A DNA stretch of 64,000 bases from Callorhinchus milii (GCF_018977255.1 NW_024704743.1:42162001-42226000); one strand, 5' to 3'; positions 36,950-49,894 are shown, counted from the stretch's first letter. Notes: generated from the sequence alone by a model not told the origin. A program made the numbers and translations.

Positions 36950-38885
36950 TACAACAACAAAAAAATTACATTTATAGAGCACCTTTCACATCGTCCCAAA
37001 GCGCTGAACAGACAGGTGTCGGAGCCCGAGCATGGGGGAGGGGGGGTGTAGGGGTGAGGGAAGGCAGAGAGGTGGGAGGGAGACCAAAGGCACAATTGAA
37101 GAGAAGGGTCTTGAGACCGGAAGTGAGGCGAAGGGACTGTGGGATGGAGTTCAAGAGTGTGGGGGCAGAGAGGCTGAAAGCCCGGCCATTGATGGTAGGG
37201 CCAGTCGGGCGGGAGACATGGAGCAGACCGGAGCCTGATGAACGGAGGGAGCGGGCAGGTTGGTAGGGAATCAGCAGGTCAGAGAGGTAGGAGGGGGCAA
37301 TGCCATGGCCATGGATGGCCTTAAAAGTGAGGACGAGGATCTTGAACTCGATCCTCTGGGGGATGGGGAGCCAGTGGAGTCGGGCGAGGGTGAGAGTGAT
37401 GGGGTCGCGGAGCCTGGTGCTTGAGAGTATACGAGCTGCAGAGTTTTGTACGATCTGCAGCTTGTGAAGGGAAGAGTTGGAAAGGCCAATGAGCAGGGAG
37501 TTCCTGTAATCAAGCCTTGATCTGACAACAACAACAACAACAAGATTCCATTTATTGAGCGCCTTTCACGTCGGGAGGACGTCCCAAGGCGCTCTACAGT
37601 TGGGTCAGGACCCGAGCAGGGGGGAAATGGTCAGGGTGAGGGGAGGGAAGGGAGGGAGCGAGGAGGGGGTAGAGAGTCGAGAGGGGAGCTGAAGACACTG
37701 TCAAAGAGAAAGGTCTTGAGACCGGCCTTGAAGGAGGAAAGGGAGGAGGCGGCGAAGGCACTGGGGGATAGAGTTCCAGAGCCTCGGGGCTGAAAGGCTG
37801 AAGGCCCGGCCACCGATGGTAGGGCGGTTGGGGCGGGGGATGTGGAGCAGACCGGAGCCAGAGGATCAGAGGGTACGGGCAGGTAGGTCGGGGGATAGTA
37901 GGTCGGAGAAGTAGGAGGGAGCAAGGCCGTGAATGGCCTTGTAGGTGAGGATGAGGATCTTGAATTCGATCCTCTGGGGGATGGGGAGCCAGTGGAGGCG
38001 AGCGAGGGTGGGTGTGATGTGGTTCCGAAGCCTGGTGCGGGACAGTACACGAGCTGCAGAGTTCTGAATGACCTGCAGCTTGTGGAGGGAGGTGCCGGGA
38101 AGGCCGGCGAGGAGAGAGTTCCCATAGTCCAGCCTTGAGGTGATAAAGGCGTGGACCAGAGTTTCAGCAGCGTGAGGGGTGAGGTAGTGCCGTAGTCTGG
38201 CGACGTTCCGGAGGTGATGGAAGGCGGTGCCAGTTGTGGCGCGGATATGAGGGAGAAAGGACAGCTCAGGGTCGAACAGAACGCCGAGGTTCCTGACTGG
38301 CTTTGAGAGGTGGAGAGTGCAGCCTTGGATGCTGATGGTGTCAGCGCCTGAGGTGCGGAGGCGCTGACGTGAGCCAATCAGGAGGGCCTCAGTTTTACGC
38401 ACGTTGAGCTGAAGAAAGTTGTCTCTCGTCCAGGACTCGATGTCGGACAGGCAGGCTGTCAGGACATCGGTGGTCGTGGAGTTGAGGGTAGAGGAGGAAA
38501 GGTAGAGTTGGGTGTCATCCGCATACATGTGGAAGTTAACCTCATGTCTGCGGATGATGTCACCGAGGGGGAGCATATAGAGGGTGAAGAGGAGGGGACC
38601 GAGGACAGAGCCCTGAGGGACACCGCACGAGACAGTGCGGGAGCCGGAGGAAAAATCATTAGCGGAGACAAAGTGAAGACGGTGGGAGAGGTACGACCTA
38701 AACCACTCAAGGACAGGGCCATGAAGGTTTAGGTGGGAGGACAAGCGGTGGAGGAGGATAGCGTGACAAATGCGTGGGTGAGGGTTTCAGCAGCCTGAGA
38801 GGTGAGAGCAGTGGCGGAGTCTGGCAATGTTGCGGAGGTGGTGGTTGGCAGTGCCAGTCATGGCGCGGATGTGGGGCAGAAAGAA
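36950..38885 (-). mobile_element. Older L2 (36950-37523 and 38764-38885) interrupted by a younger L2
   Basis: Outer sequence resumes in register (..[14 protein letters not shown]..) on both sides of the insert. Confidence 0.9.
37524..38760 (-). mobile_element. Young L2 LINE, 5' truncated; 292-aa uninterrupted ORF2 RT segment (37866..38744)
   Basis: [62 protein letters not shown]; intact 3' hairpin and (CAA)n tail; CpGs largely retained. Confidence 0.97.
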
Positions 38886-39219
38886 ATGCAGAAATTACAA
38901 ATGCAGAAGACCACCTCCACTTTCCCATGAGGCTCTGTTTCAACAAGGAATGTATATTTCTATGGTAGAGAATAAGATTGTATGGTACAAGATCCCCAAA
39001 CAGTTTGCCTTCCATGGTAGACTTTTTCAAGAATCATATATGTATTTTCCCCTCAATCCAGGTAACTGTGGGTATTGCCACACAAGGAATACACAAACCA
39101 TTCTATGATTAAATGTCCCACATGATTCTGACACAGTTCCAGATGCACTTTTCTTTTGACCCAACTCATCACTCACTATGTCTAAACTGTGTGAGGCAGC
39201 AATAAACAAAGCACACATC

Positions 39220-39385
39220 TGAGCTATATTTGCTAAATCAGTTTAGATTAGATCCCCAAACGTCATACTCAAGATATATAAGAGAATGCAATGTTCCTCC
39301 AGCACTGCACTCGAATATCAACCTAGATTATGAGTTCAAAGACATGATGTGGGGTTTGAACCCTTCTGACTTAGAGTCAAGAAAC
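39220..39385 (-). mobile_element. Deu-type SINE 5' fragment
   Basis: CCTCCAGCACTGCACT...AACCTAGATTATG...GGGGTTTGAACCCTTCTGACT. Confidence 0.5.
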
Positions 39386-39752
39386 ACACAATGGAAAATA
39401 ATAGATTGTGATCTTGAGCAAGAATCCAAGCTGATTTTTCTTTCCCTATATGAGGGATTAAAATAAAATGCCAATGTAGCATACTGTAAGAGAGTGAGAA
39501 ATTCGGAGGAGACTATCACAATGGTGGTGCAATGACAAGCAATTTTTTTTGATCAACAATTACAAAGTTGATTTACATAAAGATTAAAGCGGTAGTTTTA
39601 CAAAGAAAGCGCTGTTACCCTGTTCCTCTGAGAAGTGAATTAACCCTGTTCATTCCTTTACTTGCCTCGCTTCCACTCTCTTGTGTTAAGTGCACAGGTC
39701 TTATACCTCAATTCTCAATCTGTTTTACCCATATATGGTTTAAGCTTGATAT

Positions 39753-40079
39753 GGAGTCCTGTAGCTCAGTGGTTAGAGCACTCGCTTTGCAAGCGAGAGA
39801 CCTGAGTTCAATTCCAGGCAGGGCGAAACCTTGGGCAAGTTTCCTTACTCCACACGCCTAATAATAATCCCTCCAAAACCAAAAACAATAATTAAATTGG
39901 TCATTTTCAATCTACGACTGTTTGTGGGACATTGCTGTGCGCAATTGGCTGCCGCGTTCGCCCACAAATATACAGTCAACTCACTTTACAGTATATTCTG
40001 TGAAGCGCTTTGGGACGTCCTCCCGACGTGAAAAGCGCTATATCAAATGCAAGGATTATTATTATTATTATTATTATTA
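39753..40079 (+). mobile_element. tRNA-Ala-headed SINE, short form, best-preserved copy
   Basis: TAGCTCAGTGG A-box, CTCGC-TTTGCAA-GCGAG anticodon arm (TGC = Ala), GAGTTCAATTCC B-box, ACCTTGGGCAAGT, L2-type hairpin, (ATT)n tail. Confidence 0.97.
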
Positions 40080-41292
40080 TATACAAAGTCCAAGCACCAG
40101 ACATTTTGCCATCAGCAATTCCTCCTTGTCTATTTGTAACTGGATTCTAACCAACTCTGAGTAATTGCATTTGGTATTTTTTTTACCTTGACTGCTTTCT
40201 CACAATGCCTCTGCTGAGCTTTGAACCTCTTCTTTTATCTAATGTTATTTAAATATCTGCAGAATAACACAAGAGCACATCTCAGCACAGATAAGAAGCC
40301 AGTCAGCGACATTGCAGTTGACGAGATCAGTCCCAAGGATTCCACATTATTTGGGAACTGAGATTGACAGGATCAGACTGGTATACGGGACCAAGAAGAA
40401 TATATCTCTTACAACATCTACTTTTGCACTGTTTGATAACATCTAATGGGGATTGTTTGAGTTATTTGGGGATTCATTATTTGGGGATTAGAGACATTCA
40501 CTTCAGTCGATGATCTTGATAGAGGTAAATGGCCTCCTCCTTTGCTATAATTTCTATGGTTCTGTGAAATGCAGCACAATTAAGCCTAAATCTTCCTATA
40601 GCTCAGTTCCTCTTTCAACAGCGACTTTACACGCAGGATCTTGAATGAAACTTTTGAGCAAATGTATTGCCATTTTTGGGTGTTTCTTGATTATGTTTTG
40701 GGTTTCACAACACCTGGCGCTCATCATATTTCAGAAGAGTTTAGGCTTGAACTGGTTCAGTAACATAAATATGGTATTGGTTAAATTTTTGACCAAAATT
40801 ATGCATTTGTGTAAAAGGAAGGAATGACAGCAGATCCTGGGAAGGTAGGAGCAGAGTAATGAGTGGGAAACAAGAAAGTGAAAGAGCTTTATTGTTTACC
40901 ATGGGTTACAAACTGTCACTTGATCTGATACCAGCAAGGTTTCCATGCCACTGCACCAGCTGGTATACTGTGAGTAAAGAAGGAGAACAGAGGATTAAAC
41001 CAAGGAATAGGATCTCCATGTAAAAGTGCATCTGAGGTGTGAAATGAAGAATGGAGCTGACGCCATTTCTGCATCGCAAACAGTATGAAGTGACGGTGAG
41101 CTGCTTCTCACTGTCCCAATTAAACCAAATAATGCTCCTGGAAACATTTATGAAACAACAGTGATCATGAGAGTGCTTGATTGATTGCAGAAGAAATTGC
41201 TACACAAAGGTGAGTAGTAGGGAAAGGAAATTCAAAGGGAAAAATCAAAGGCAAAAGGGAATAGAAAACGTGATAGGAATACAGTGGCACCT

Positions 41293-43400
41293 CAACAACA
41301 ACAGCATTACAATTGAATGAAGCCTTTCATGTTGGGAAGATGTCCCAAGGTGCTGGACAGTCAGTGTTTCGAACCAGAGCTGGGGGTCAGGATTGGAGAG
41401 GGTGGAGGGCAGGGGGATCAAAAGCACAGTCGAAGAGGAGGGTATTGAGATGGGTCTTGAAGGAGGCAAGGGAGGGGACAAGGCGGAGGGACTGCGGCAT
41501 GGAGTTCCAGAGGGTGGGGGCAGAGAGGCAGAAGGCTGCCTGCCAATGGTGGGGTGGGCGAGGCAGGGGATGTGAAGCAGGCCGGAGCCCGCTGAACAGA
41601 GGGAGTGGGCAGGATGGTAGGGGGTTAGGAGGTCGCAGAGTTAGAGGGGAGCAAGGCCATGAAGGGCTTTGAAGGTGAGGAACAGGATCTTGCACTGTAC
41701 CCTCTGTCTGATGGAAAGCCAATGGAGTCAGGTAAGAATGGGGGTGATAGGGTCGTGGAGCCTGATGTGGGAGAGCACACGGGCTGCAGAGTTCTGGATG
41801 ATCTGCAGTCTATGGAGTGAGGAGTTGGGAAGGCCGACAAGCAATGAGTTTGCATAGTCGAGTCTGGATGGTATGAAAGCATACATGAGGGTTTCAGCAG
41901 CCTGCAATATGAGACAGTGGTGGAGCTGGGTGATGTTGCGGAGGTGGGGGAAGGCAGAGTGGGTCATGGCATGGATGTGGGGTACAGCAACAACAACAAG
42001 ATTTCATTTATGGAGCGCCTTTCACGTCAGGAGGACGTCCCAAGGCACTGGACAGTTGGGTCGGGACCCGAGCAGGGGGGATATGGTCAGGGTGAAGGGA
42101 GGGAAGGGAGGGAGCGAGGAGAGGGTACTGAGTTGAGAGGGGAGCTGAAGGCACGGTTGAAGAGAAAGAATAGTTGAGGCTCAAACAAAACCCCAAGGTT
42201 CTGGACTGGCTTAGTAAGATGGAATGTACAACCATGGATGGTGATGCTGTCAGCGCCTGAGGTGAGGAGGCGCTGACGGGAGCCATTCAGGAGAGCCTCG
42301 GTCTTGTTGACGTTCAACTGAAGAAAATTAACTCTCATCCAGGACTTGATAACTGACAGATATTTTGTCAGGACAACAGTGGTCCTGGTGTCAAGGGTGG
42401 AGGCAGAGAGCTAGAGTTGGGTGACATCCACATACATGTGGAAGTTGACACCATGCCTGCGGATGATGTCACCAAAAGGGAGCATATAGATATTGAAGAG
42501 GAGGGGACCAAGGACAGAGCCTTGAGGAATGCCTCACGAGATGGTGTGAGGGTTAAAGGAGAAACCGTTTATGGAGATGAAGTGAAGACGGTATGAGAGG
42601 TAAATTCTGAACTAGTCAAGGACAGACCCATAAAGTTTGAGGTGAGAGGAGAGACTGTGGATGAGGATTGAGTAGTCAACGGTGTTGAAGGCAGCAGAAA
42701 GGTCAAGGAGGACGAGGAGGCAGAGGGAGCCCTGGTCGCAGATGGACAGAATGTCATTTGTCACTTTGACCAAAGCAGTTTCTGTGCTGTGGTAGGCACA
42801 GAAACACAATTGGTTGGGTTCGTAAAGGGAGTGGCTGGGGAGGAAGGAATGAAGGAGTGACTCATTCCAGGACCTTGGAGAGGAAGGAAAGGTTGGGGAT
42901 GGGGCAGTAGTTTGAGAGCCGGAATGGGTCCAGGGACGTTTTTTTAAGGATAGGAGTGATGATGGGTGTTTTTAAAGGGGTGGAAACAGGAAGAGGTTTA
43001 TATGTAAGTAAAGGGGCAAGGATGTAGAGCTGGGAGATAAGGAGAGGGATAGGGATTGGGTCGAGGGAGCAGGTGGTCGGTTTCATGCAGCTTATAGTGA
43101 GCGAGGAGTGGGAGACAGGTTTGACGGTGTGGAGGGAGGGATGCATAGGGGCCGGGGTGTGAGGGGGTGATGGGGAGGGAGTAGTAAACAGAAGGGCAGA
43201 GGCAGCTGAGTGGATCCCCTCGATGAGGCAGTGCCTCAGGTGAGGCACCGTCTCACCTAAAATTTCCATTGTCTCACATCGAGCCAGGCCAGTGGGTGAT
43301 GGGGACCATGGAGGGAGAAAGGCCAGTGGGTAAGTAGTAAAGACATTGCAGAAGTGCGAAGGGCCCGTTGTCATGGTAACACGATAGCTTGAGTAGGCAA
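41293..43400 (-). mobile_element. Longest L2 fragment (~2 kb, degraded) with a nested short L2 3' end at 41986-42165
   Basis: PTTCSLDPIP, SNYCPIPNLSFLSKVLE, HSTETALVKVTND, LDLSAAFN, RLDYANS across ORFs 42862..43374, 42612..42809 and 41728..41967. Confidence 0.93.
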
Positions 43401-45239
43401 ACTCAGATTGCTTTAGCTGTCAAAAAGGTCATCAATAGCTATTGTAGGAGTGAAATTATTATTCTGCGCCTGGGTCTTGGTAGAATTATTCTATTTCACC
43501 CTACCCCACAGCCAATCTTGTACACTTCCATTTACACCTAATCAGAAAGTTGACTACCTTCTTATCATTCTTTTGCTTCACTTCACTCAGTGAGATTGTA
43601 TTTCTAATGAAAATAAGTTGTAATTTAGCTCTGGGGTTGTGCAAAGTACCTTCTGAGCGTGCATTTTATCAATTTGGTTCATATTTTCATCAAATTATGT
43701 TTTTTTCCATGATCATTTTTTAAATGATGAACCCTCCTGCACATACGAACACGCGACATCCCATTACAATGCTATCTTGATCCAGCATATGTCAGTGAAC
43801 AGTATTTGCCTGGCCCCAATGGCAATATTCTCAGGCAAAGAGCATAACATTTAGGAAATGACGCAGCTGAAACTGTATCATGACAGAACACATTGTAATA
43901 CTCCGAGAGGCAAAAATCAGAGACCAAAAAAACATATCCCACAACAACATTTGCATATCTAGTTAGGCAGTTAGACTTCTCATTGACAAACAAGAACTCT
44001 GCTCTGAAAATAAGTCATAGCAGAGCACAGACCAAATTTTGTAAATGGCAGGAATCCTAACTTGCACAAATTGGATTTCATCAAACCACAATACTCCTGT
44101 GAATAATAATTCTTGCATTCGATATTGCACGTTAACACTGTTCGAGTGTGCTTTCGTAGATGTTTGTGAGCAGTTACAATGTAATGGGCTTCAGGAGTCA
44201 TCATACGCAAATGGGGACTCCTTACAAAGGAATATCATTAGATATCATCATAAATTATATCCCGTTGTTTTATTGCGTGTTTTTTTCAAAGTCTGTTTTT
44301 TCCTTATCCTCACCTTAACACTTGAAAATTTTTAGGCTGTATTATGGATTCCTAAGAAACATTCCTCAATTTATTTTATGTTTGACCGCATCTTAGCTTT
44401 GTTTTTCCATATTCCATAATTGTAAATTTTCAGAGTAATGTCTTGGACAATAGTTCTTAGTAAATGGTGGATTATAAACTTTCAGACCATCAAATTTCTG
44501 ATCAATGTTAATGAATTATATATATATATTGTAAACTTGAAGGGTGCTATATAAATACAAGTTGTTGTTGTGAACTGCTGATAACTCGACCCTGGCTTAA
44601 CTTGCCACTACCATTTAAACTCATCATGCTGTCAATATCCTGGCCGCATTTAGTTATGTACAGTATAACAATACTGTATATCATTTATGTAACTGTATAT
44701 TAGATTTGTTTGTAAAGAGAACATTAAAATGGAGATAATAGATACTTCCTGAAATCTAGGACAAAATTAGTTTTACTTTACAACTAGTGATAAAAGTTCA
44801 TATGAGTGCAATCAATTTGCATTATTGTCATTTAATATTGAAGTGGCCTTTCACGGCAAAATTAAACAATGGGTTGACCTGGTTTTAGGTGTCAACCTGG
44901 CTCGGTAGTAATACTCCTGTCTCTGAGTCAGAAGGTTGTGACTTCGGTATCAAATAAAAAGGTATCTGTACTGTTGAATAGTACAGCTTTTAAGTGCAGA
45001 AATGTATATTATTTCTATGCTGATTCTTTTTTATGCTGATTCACACTCTGCTTACCTATTTTTGGTCAATTAGATAACACATTTGTATGTATTATTTGAC
45101 TTTGACTTTCATTGACTTTGGAACATGTGGTACACCCCACAACCTTTAACCCACTACAACATTCAAACCCTTTTTGAGGTTGAACCACTTTTAAAACGAA
45201 TAAGTTGCATCTATTGTCCGTTATGCAGAATAGAATCTG

Positions 45240-45850
45240 AGAGCATTGTATAGTGGGCAGGGTTAGTCACTAAGCAAGGGGGCAGGATGGTTGTAGAGTT
45301 AGATTTTCAGATAGGAATTTAAAGATAGATAGAGAGGGGTTAAGCCATACGTTTTGAGGTGGGGACACAGTGGCTGAAGACTTGGGGGATGTGCTGCAGA
45401 TCTATGTTAACTGAGTGAAGGGGGCGGGCAGAGGAATTGGGCAGAAGCAGGACAGAGAGTTATGGAGGGGATAAGATTTGAAGGAACGTAAATGTGAGGG
45501 TGACGAGGGTGAACTTGAAGTCTATCCTTTTAAACACAGGGGAGGCAATGGAGTTTGTTGAGGATGGTGTACAGATTTGCTGCAGGTGAGAATGTGGGCA
45601 GCGGGGTTTTGGATGAGATAGACCCTGTGGATGGGGGAACTGGGGAGACCAGTGAGGAATGTGTTTCAGAAATCAAAGCAGAAGGTGACAAAGGTTATGG
45701 ACGAAGGCTTCAATGGCATTTGGGGTGAGCTAGGGTCAGAAATGGGCAATGTGCCAGAGGTGAAAGAAAGCAGTCCTGGTCAGGGACTGAATGTGGGGAA
45801 ATAAGGACAGCTGGGGATTGAACCAATTGCGAAGGTTACAGAGAACTTGA
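45240..45850 (-). mobile_element. Old L2 3' relic
   Basis: Purine-rich + strand; reverse strand gives LSLFPHIQSL, FVTF.FD.., IQNPAA, HCLP and DFKF-type motifs. Confidence 0.7.
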
Positions 45851-46914
45851 GAGATAGGCCGGGGGAGGTTGAGGAGTTCAGAGCTGAAGATGAAGACCAT
45901 TACAACTTTTATGAATCTCTCATATTTTACAGTATCTGTGTGTGATGGACCCTATATTTCCTGCCTAAGAAAAATATAATCATGGGGCTCTGCAGCTTTC
46001 ATGTATTCCAGTACAAATTTGATAATAAAGTTATCTTTTGTGTCCCAGATTAAATCATGTGATACAATGATACAAATACTCCCAGATGGCTGACGTTAAC
46101 AGATTTTGAATCTGTGACCTGTATTTCATAATGAAGCAAATTGTAATTTGTATCCGCCCATGTTTCATGCAAGCATAAATCTAGTGGGATTGTGCATTTG
46201 GCTCCCAGCTGTGTCAGATTATATCATGTTTGAAAAGGTGGTAGGACCCTAAAGTTAATCTAACTAGGAAACTGGAGCAATTGTATAGCAGAATATCAGT
46301 GGAAGATAGCAATGCAGGTGGGAATTTGTGGAGCTCTTTATAGCCACCATCCTGCTGAACAGCAAGAGAGAAACACGCAGAGCTGATGACCAGTGAAATC
46401 AAAAGAGGATTAACTGAATACATCAGTCATAGTTAGGATGCCTTGTACTCAGTGGTGTTTGTTGAATTCAATTGTGCAACTTTTAATGTCATAAATGTTT
46501 AATTCTTTCTGTGCATTAACATAGATACATAGTCTACAAAATGAATTATTGGAGTAACATTGAGTTCTGCAGTCACACACAATGCATATTTATACCATGT
46601 CACCTTTTTTCACCAACTGATCAATGTATTCAGATAAAGGTGAGAGTCTTTTCGTTGTTGAAATAAACCTGATAGTCAAATACGTTCCCATTGTTCAAAT
46701 GGAGCCCTGTCACTTTAAATGTCCATATATTAATCTAAATTCATTACACTTTGTTTCAAAATATATTTGTACCAGTGCTGTGTACTTTGTTATGTACTTG
46801 TATTTTTAGTCAATGCACCCAATCGAATAAATGCAGAAGATATCAACAGAGCACGCATACATTTTTTAATCTAAATTGTATACAGGCTTCATTGGACATC
46901 TATGTTTAGTCTTA

Positions 46915-47038
46915 GGGTAACATTTCTGTTCAGCTTTACATCCAGCGCCTTTGGCGATGCGCGGGTGTAATGAGAAATCCCATTAGTGGATAACAACACC
47001 GAACACAATGTGTGGAATGCTGAATAAAATTTTTACCC
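46915..47038. mobile_element. ~125-bp MITE-like hairpin element, copy 1
   Basis: Imperfect TIRs GGGTAACATTTCTGTTCAGC / GCTGAATAAAATTTTTACCC; homologous to 48666-48788. Confidence 0.5.
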
Positions 47039-48665
47039 ATTAGATTTTTATAAACTAAGCTATCTTTGATACCCCCAAAAAGGTTTAAATATTATACAAC
47101 AGATTTGTGAGGGGGCAAAGAAAAAGGAATTAAAAATGAAAATTATAGATTAAAAATAAACAGAGTGTTTCTCTTCTGTTAGAAAGAATAATCTGTCTTT
47201 GTGAAGCTGTTAACAATTCTTATTTCTGGAGGCTTTTAGAGGCCTTTGTTTTATGGTTTGCAAACCAAAGTGATCCGATCCAATTATTTTTAAAGCCACA
47301 AGGATACCACTCTTTTGAAAAACAATACATCAAAGAATCCAACATTTAATAACTCAATGCATGGAGCCCAACTTTTTAATACACCAAATATACTTCTGTA
47401 ATTTTTCCTAGTTCCATTTAGATTATTGGTGCAGATATAAATACGATTAAAATGCCACTTTTTGAGAGGATAGAATAGTTCATTGTCTGCAACACAATGA
47501 ATTACTGTCATCCAATGTTATTTGTATTCCATCCAGATTTACAAAGCTTACCATGCTCATGATGCAAAACACATCAAATATATTGTACAGCAATTCACAA
47601 AGGCTAACCGTGGATTTGCAATCTGAAAATCTTGGGTGCCCGGTAAACAGATTGGGGACAATTCCTATGAACTATATTAAATGAGCATAAACAGGAGGTA
47701 GGAAAGTACACACACAGATATCTGAGTTCTTATTAGTGGGTCGAACTTTGATTTCTGTTTCTGTTTGAGTTCAGACAACACAGAATAAATGGCAATGGTA
47801 AAGCACTTAAAGATAAACACTTCTAGGAAGGTTGACCTTGGACAAATGTATTGCAGTTACATTCTCTTGAAAGCAACATCAAACAAGTGACTGTACACGG
47901 ATAATGCGAGACTTAACAACCACTCCACTGCTGGCCAAAATACAAAAGCAGGTTTATTTAATTTAACTCAATTTAACTGAACATGTATATGAACCATTGA
48001 ATTGAACCCGTTTCCACCTCTCTAAAGGTGAATTAGGATTCTAATTAAAAATGTTTTAAAGCATTGTGTTAAACTAGTTGTATTTGAAGTGTTTAAGCGT
48101 GCTACAGTGTTAAAGTGTATACTTTGAAGTTAGTTTTCTATGCTTTTGAAGGTTGAAATACTCTTCCACATCAATAACTCTTGATATACGTGTCCCAAAG
48201 TCCCAATGGGCTCTCCTTTGAGACAACTTGTGTGAGCAAAGCTTACATCATAATTCTATGTAATGAAGGTCCTGTGAGTATCTCTAATACTAAGATGTGA
48301 GAGAATAAATCTGAATACCTTAAACATTGTGACAATAAGTGAAGTTCACAATATAAAACATACAAGTTGTTAAACAAAAGGTCTCAATGGCAATTATTTT
48401 AGAAAGATTGTTGTGAATATGTGCAATATACTATCAGGGAAAAAGTCCAGGTGGATTGTTTCAGGGAGAAAATAAATAGTCAATAAATCAGTTAAAAAGC
48501 ATGAAATATAAAGCATTGGGTAATTTATTTTGCTGGGTAAAACAATTAAAAGCTGGATGGACTGCAATGACTCTCTCCAGATTGGTACAATCCTATGTTC
48601 TTACGTATGTAACCATAACATATCCCTTTGCAACCTATCTTGGGAGTAGAATTTATTCAGTAACA

Positions 48666-48788
48666 GGCTGAAATCCCGGTTGGAGTTATGTTCAGCACTG
48701 TTGGCCATACACCATAATAATGGAAGAATCCTATTAGCAGCCAACATCGCCAAAGGCGCTAAATGTAATGCTGACTGGAATTTCAGCC
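48666..48788. mobile_element. ~125-bp MITE-like hairpin element, copy 2
   Basis: GGCTGAAAT...ATTTCAGCC termini; shares CATCGCCAAAGGCGCT (reverse complement) and AATCC.ATTAG with copy 1. Confidence 0.5.
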
Positions 48789-49222
48789 AAATTGTGGAGT
48801 ATTATCGTAACCACAGACATCTGGGTTCACACAATGGGATCTTTAAAGCTCTCTAGCAATTGGCTGCCAGAAAAGGCACCAGGGAAGCAAACCATATTTT
48901 CTTCAGGCAATCCCTTATACACAACGCACTGTCAGGAGATTTCAACAGGGACTCAAGTTCTCATTAGACCCAAACTCTTGTGATTTTGTGTGATATACAG
49001 AGTTTACGTCATGGATGTTTGTTAATGTTTCTTAGACACCAATGCCTCTAATTTGATGATGTTTAATATATAGATATAGAATATAGAAACACTCAAAGTT
49101 CACCTTCAAAATACAGTCACTACATTTTACAGTGTATCCTGTGAAGTACTTTGAGACGTCTTTCCAAAGTGAAGAGTGCAATATTAAATGTAAGGATTGT
49201 GTATTTACTATTTATTTAAAAG

Positions 49223-49560
49223 GCAACAACAACAAAATTACATTTGTATAGCGCCTTTCGAAGCAGGAGGATGTCCCATGGCGCTGGGCAATCAGTATTT
49301 TGGACCCGAGCTGGGGGTTGGGATCAGGGAGGGTGAAGGGTGGGGTGGGGGAAGCAGGGTGATCGAAAGCACGGTCGAAGAGGAGGGTCTTGAGACGTGT
49401 CTTGAAGGAAGCATGGGAGGGTCTGAGGCGGAGGGACGGAGGGATGGAGTTCCAGAGGTTGGGGGCAGAGGGGCAGAAGGCCCGGCTGCCAATGATGGGG
49501 CGGACAATGCGGAAGATGTGAAGCTAGCCGGAGTCCGCTGAGCGGAGGGAGCAGGCAGGT
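49223..49560 (-). mobile_element. L2 3' fragment
   Basis: (CAA)n tail, GGAGTTCCAGAGGTTGGGGGCAGAG (SAPNLWNS reversed). Confidence 0.88.
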
Positions 49561-49894
49561 AACACATGCAAATTGGAAGGTGATAAATATTTTTTGGTCT
49601 GTAACATCAAATGAAACATCAAATGATCAAATGATGTGACGTTCAAAGTCAAATATTCACAGTAAATCCTTCTGCTAAAGCCATTGCAAGGATTATTATT
49701 CATATAATGATACATTTCTGAAATTTCCACTTATGAACCTACTGTTGAAATGACAGTTTAAAGTGGTTGAAATGAATAATGCAAAGTAGCATCAATGTTT
49801 GCAACTTTACAGACTTATTCCAAGAAGCCAACATGTTTGAAAATTCAATGTAAACAGAATTTTTAATGGTTACTTATCAAACCGATCACTATGA

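Noticed and set aside
37631..38377. Long Ser/Pro-rich alternate-frame and antisense ORFs in L2 copies (also 9662..10234, 26475..26879)
   Set aside because: These are by-products of the C-rich, stop-poor L2 coding strand.
39753..39825. tRNA-Ala gene
   Set aside because: No complete acceptor stem; it continues into a SINE body and (ATT)n tail, and occurs as many diverged copies.
39831..40164. Recurrent ORFs such as MGKFPYST... and ...KRYIKCKDYYYY (also at 17089, 23830, 63586)
   Set aside because: These are chance translations of the SINE and its ATT tail, not a gene family.
43772..44335. Overlapping 73-96 aa ORFs in unique sequence
   Set aside because: No recognisable motifs or splice structure; they cannot be supported as coding.
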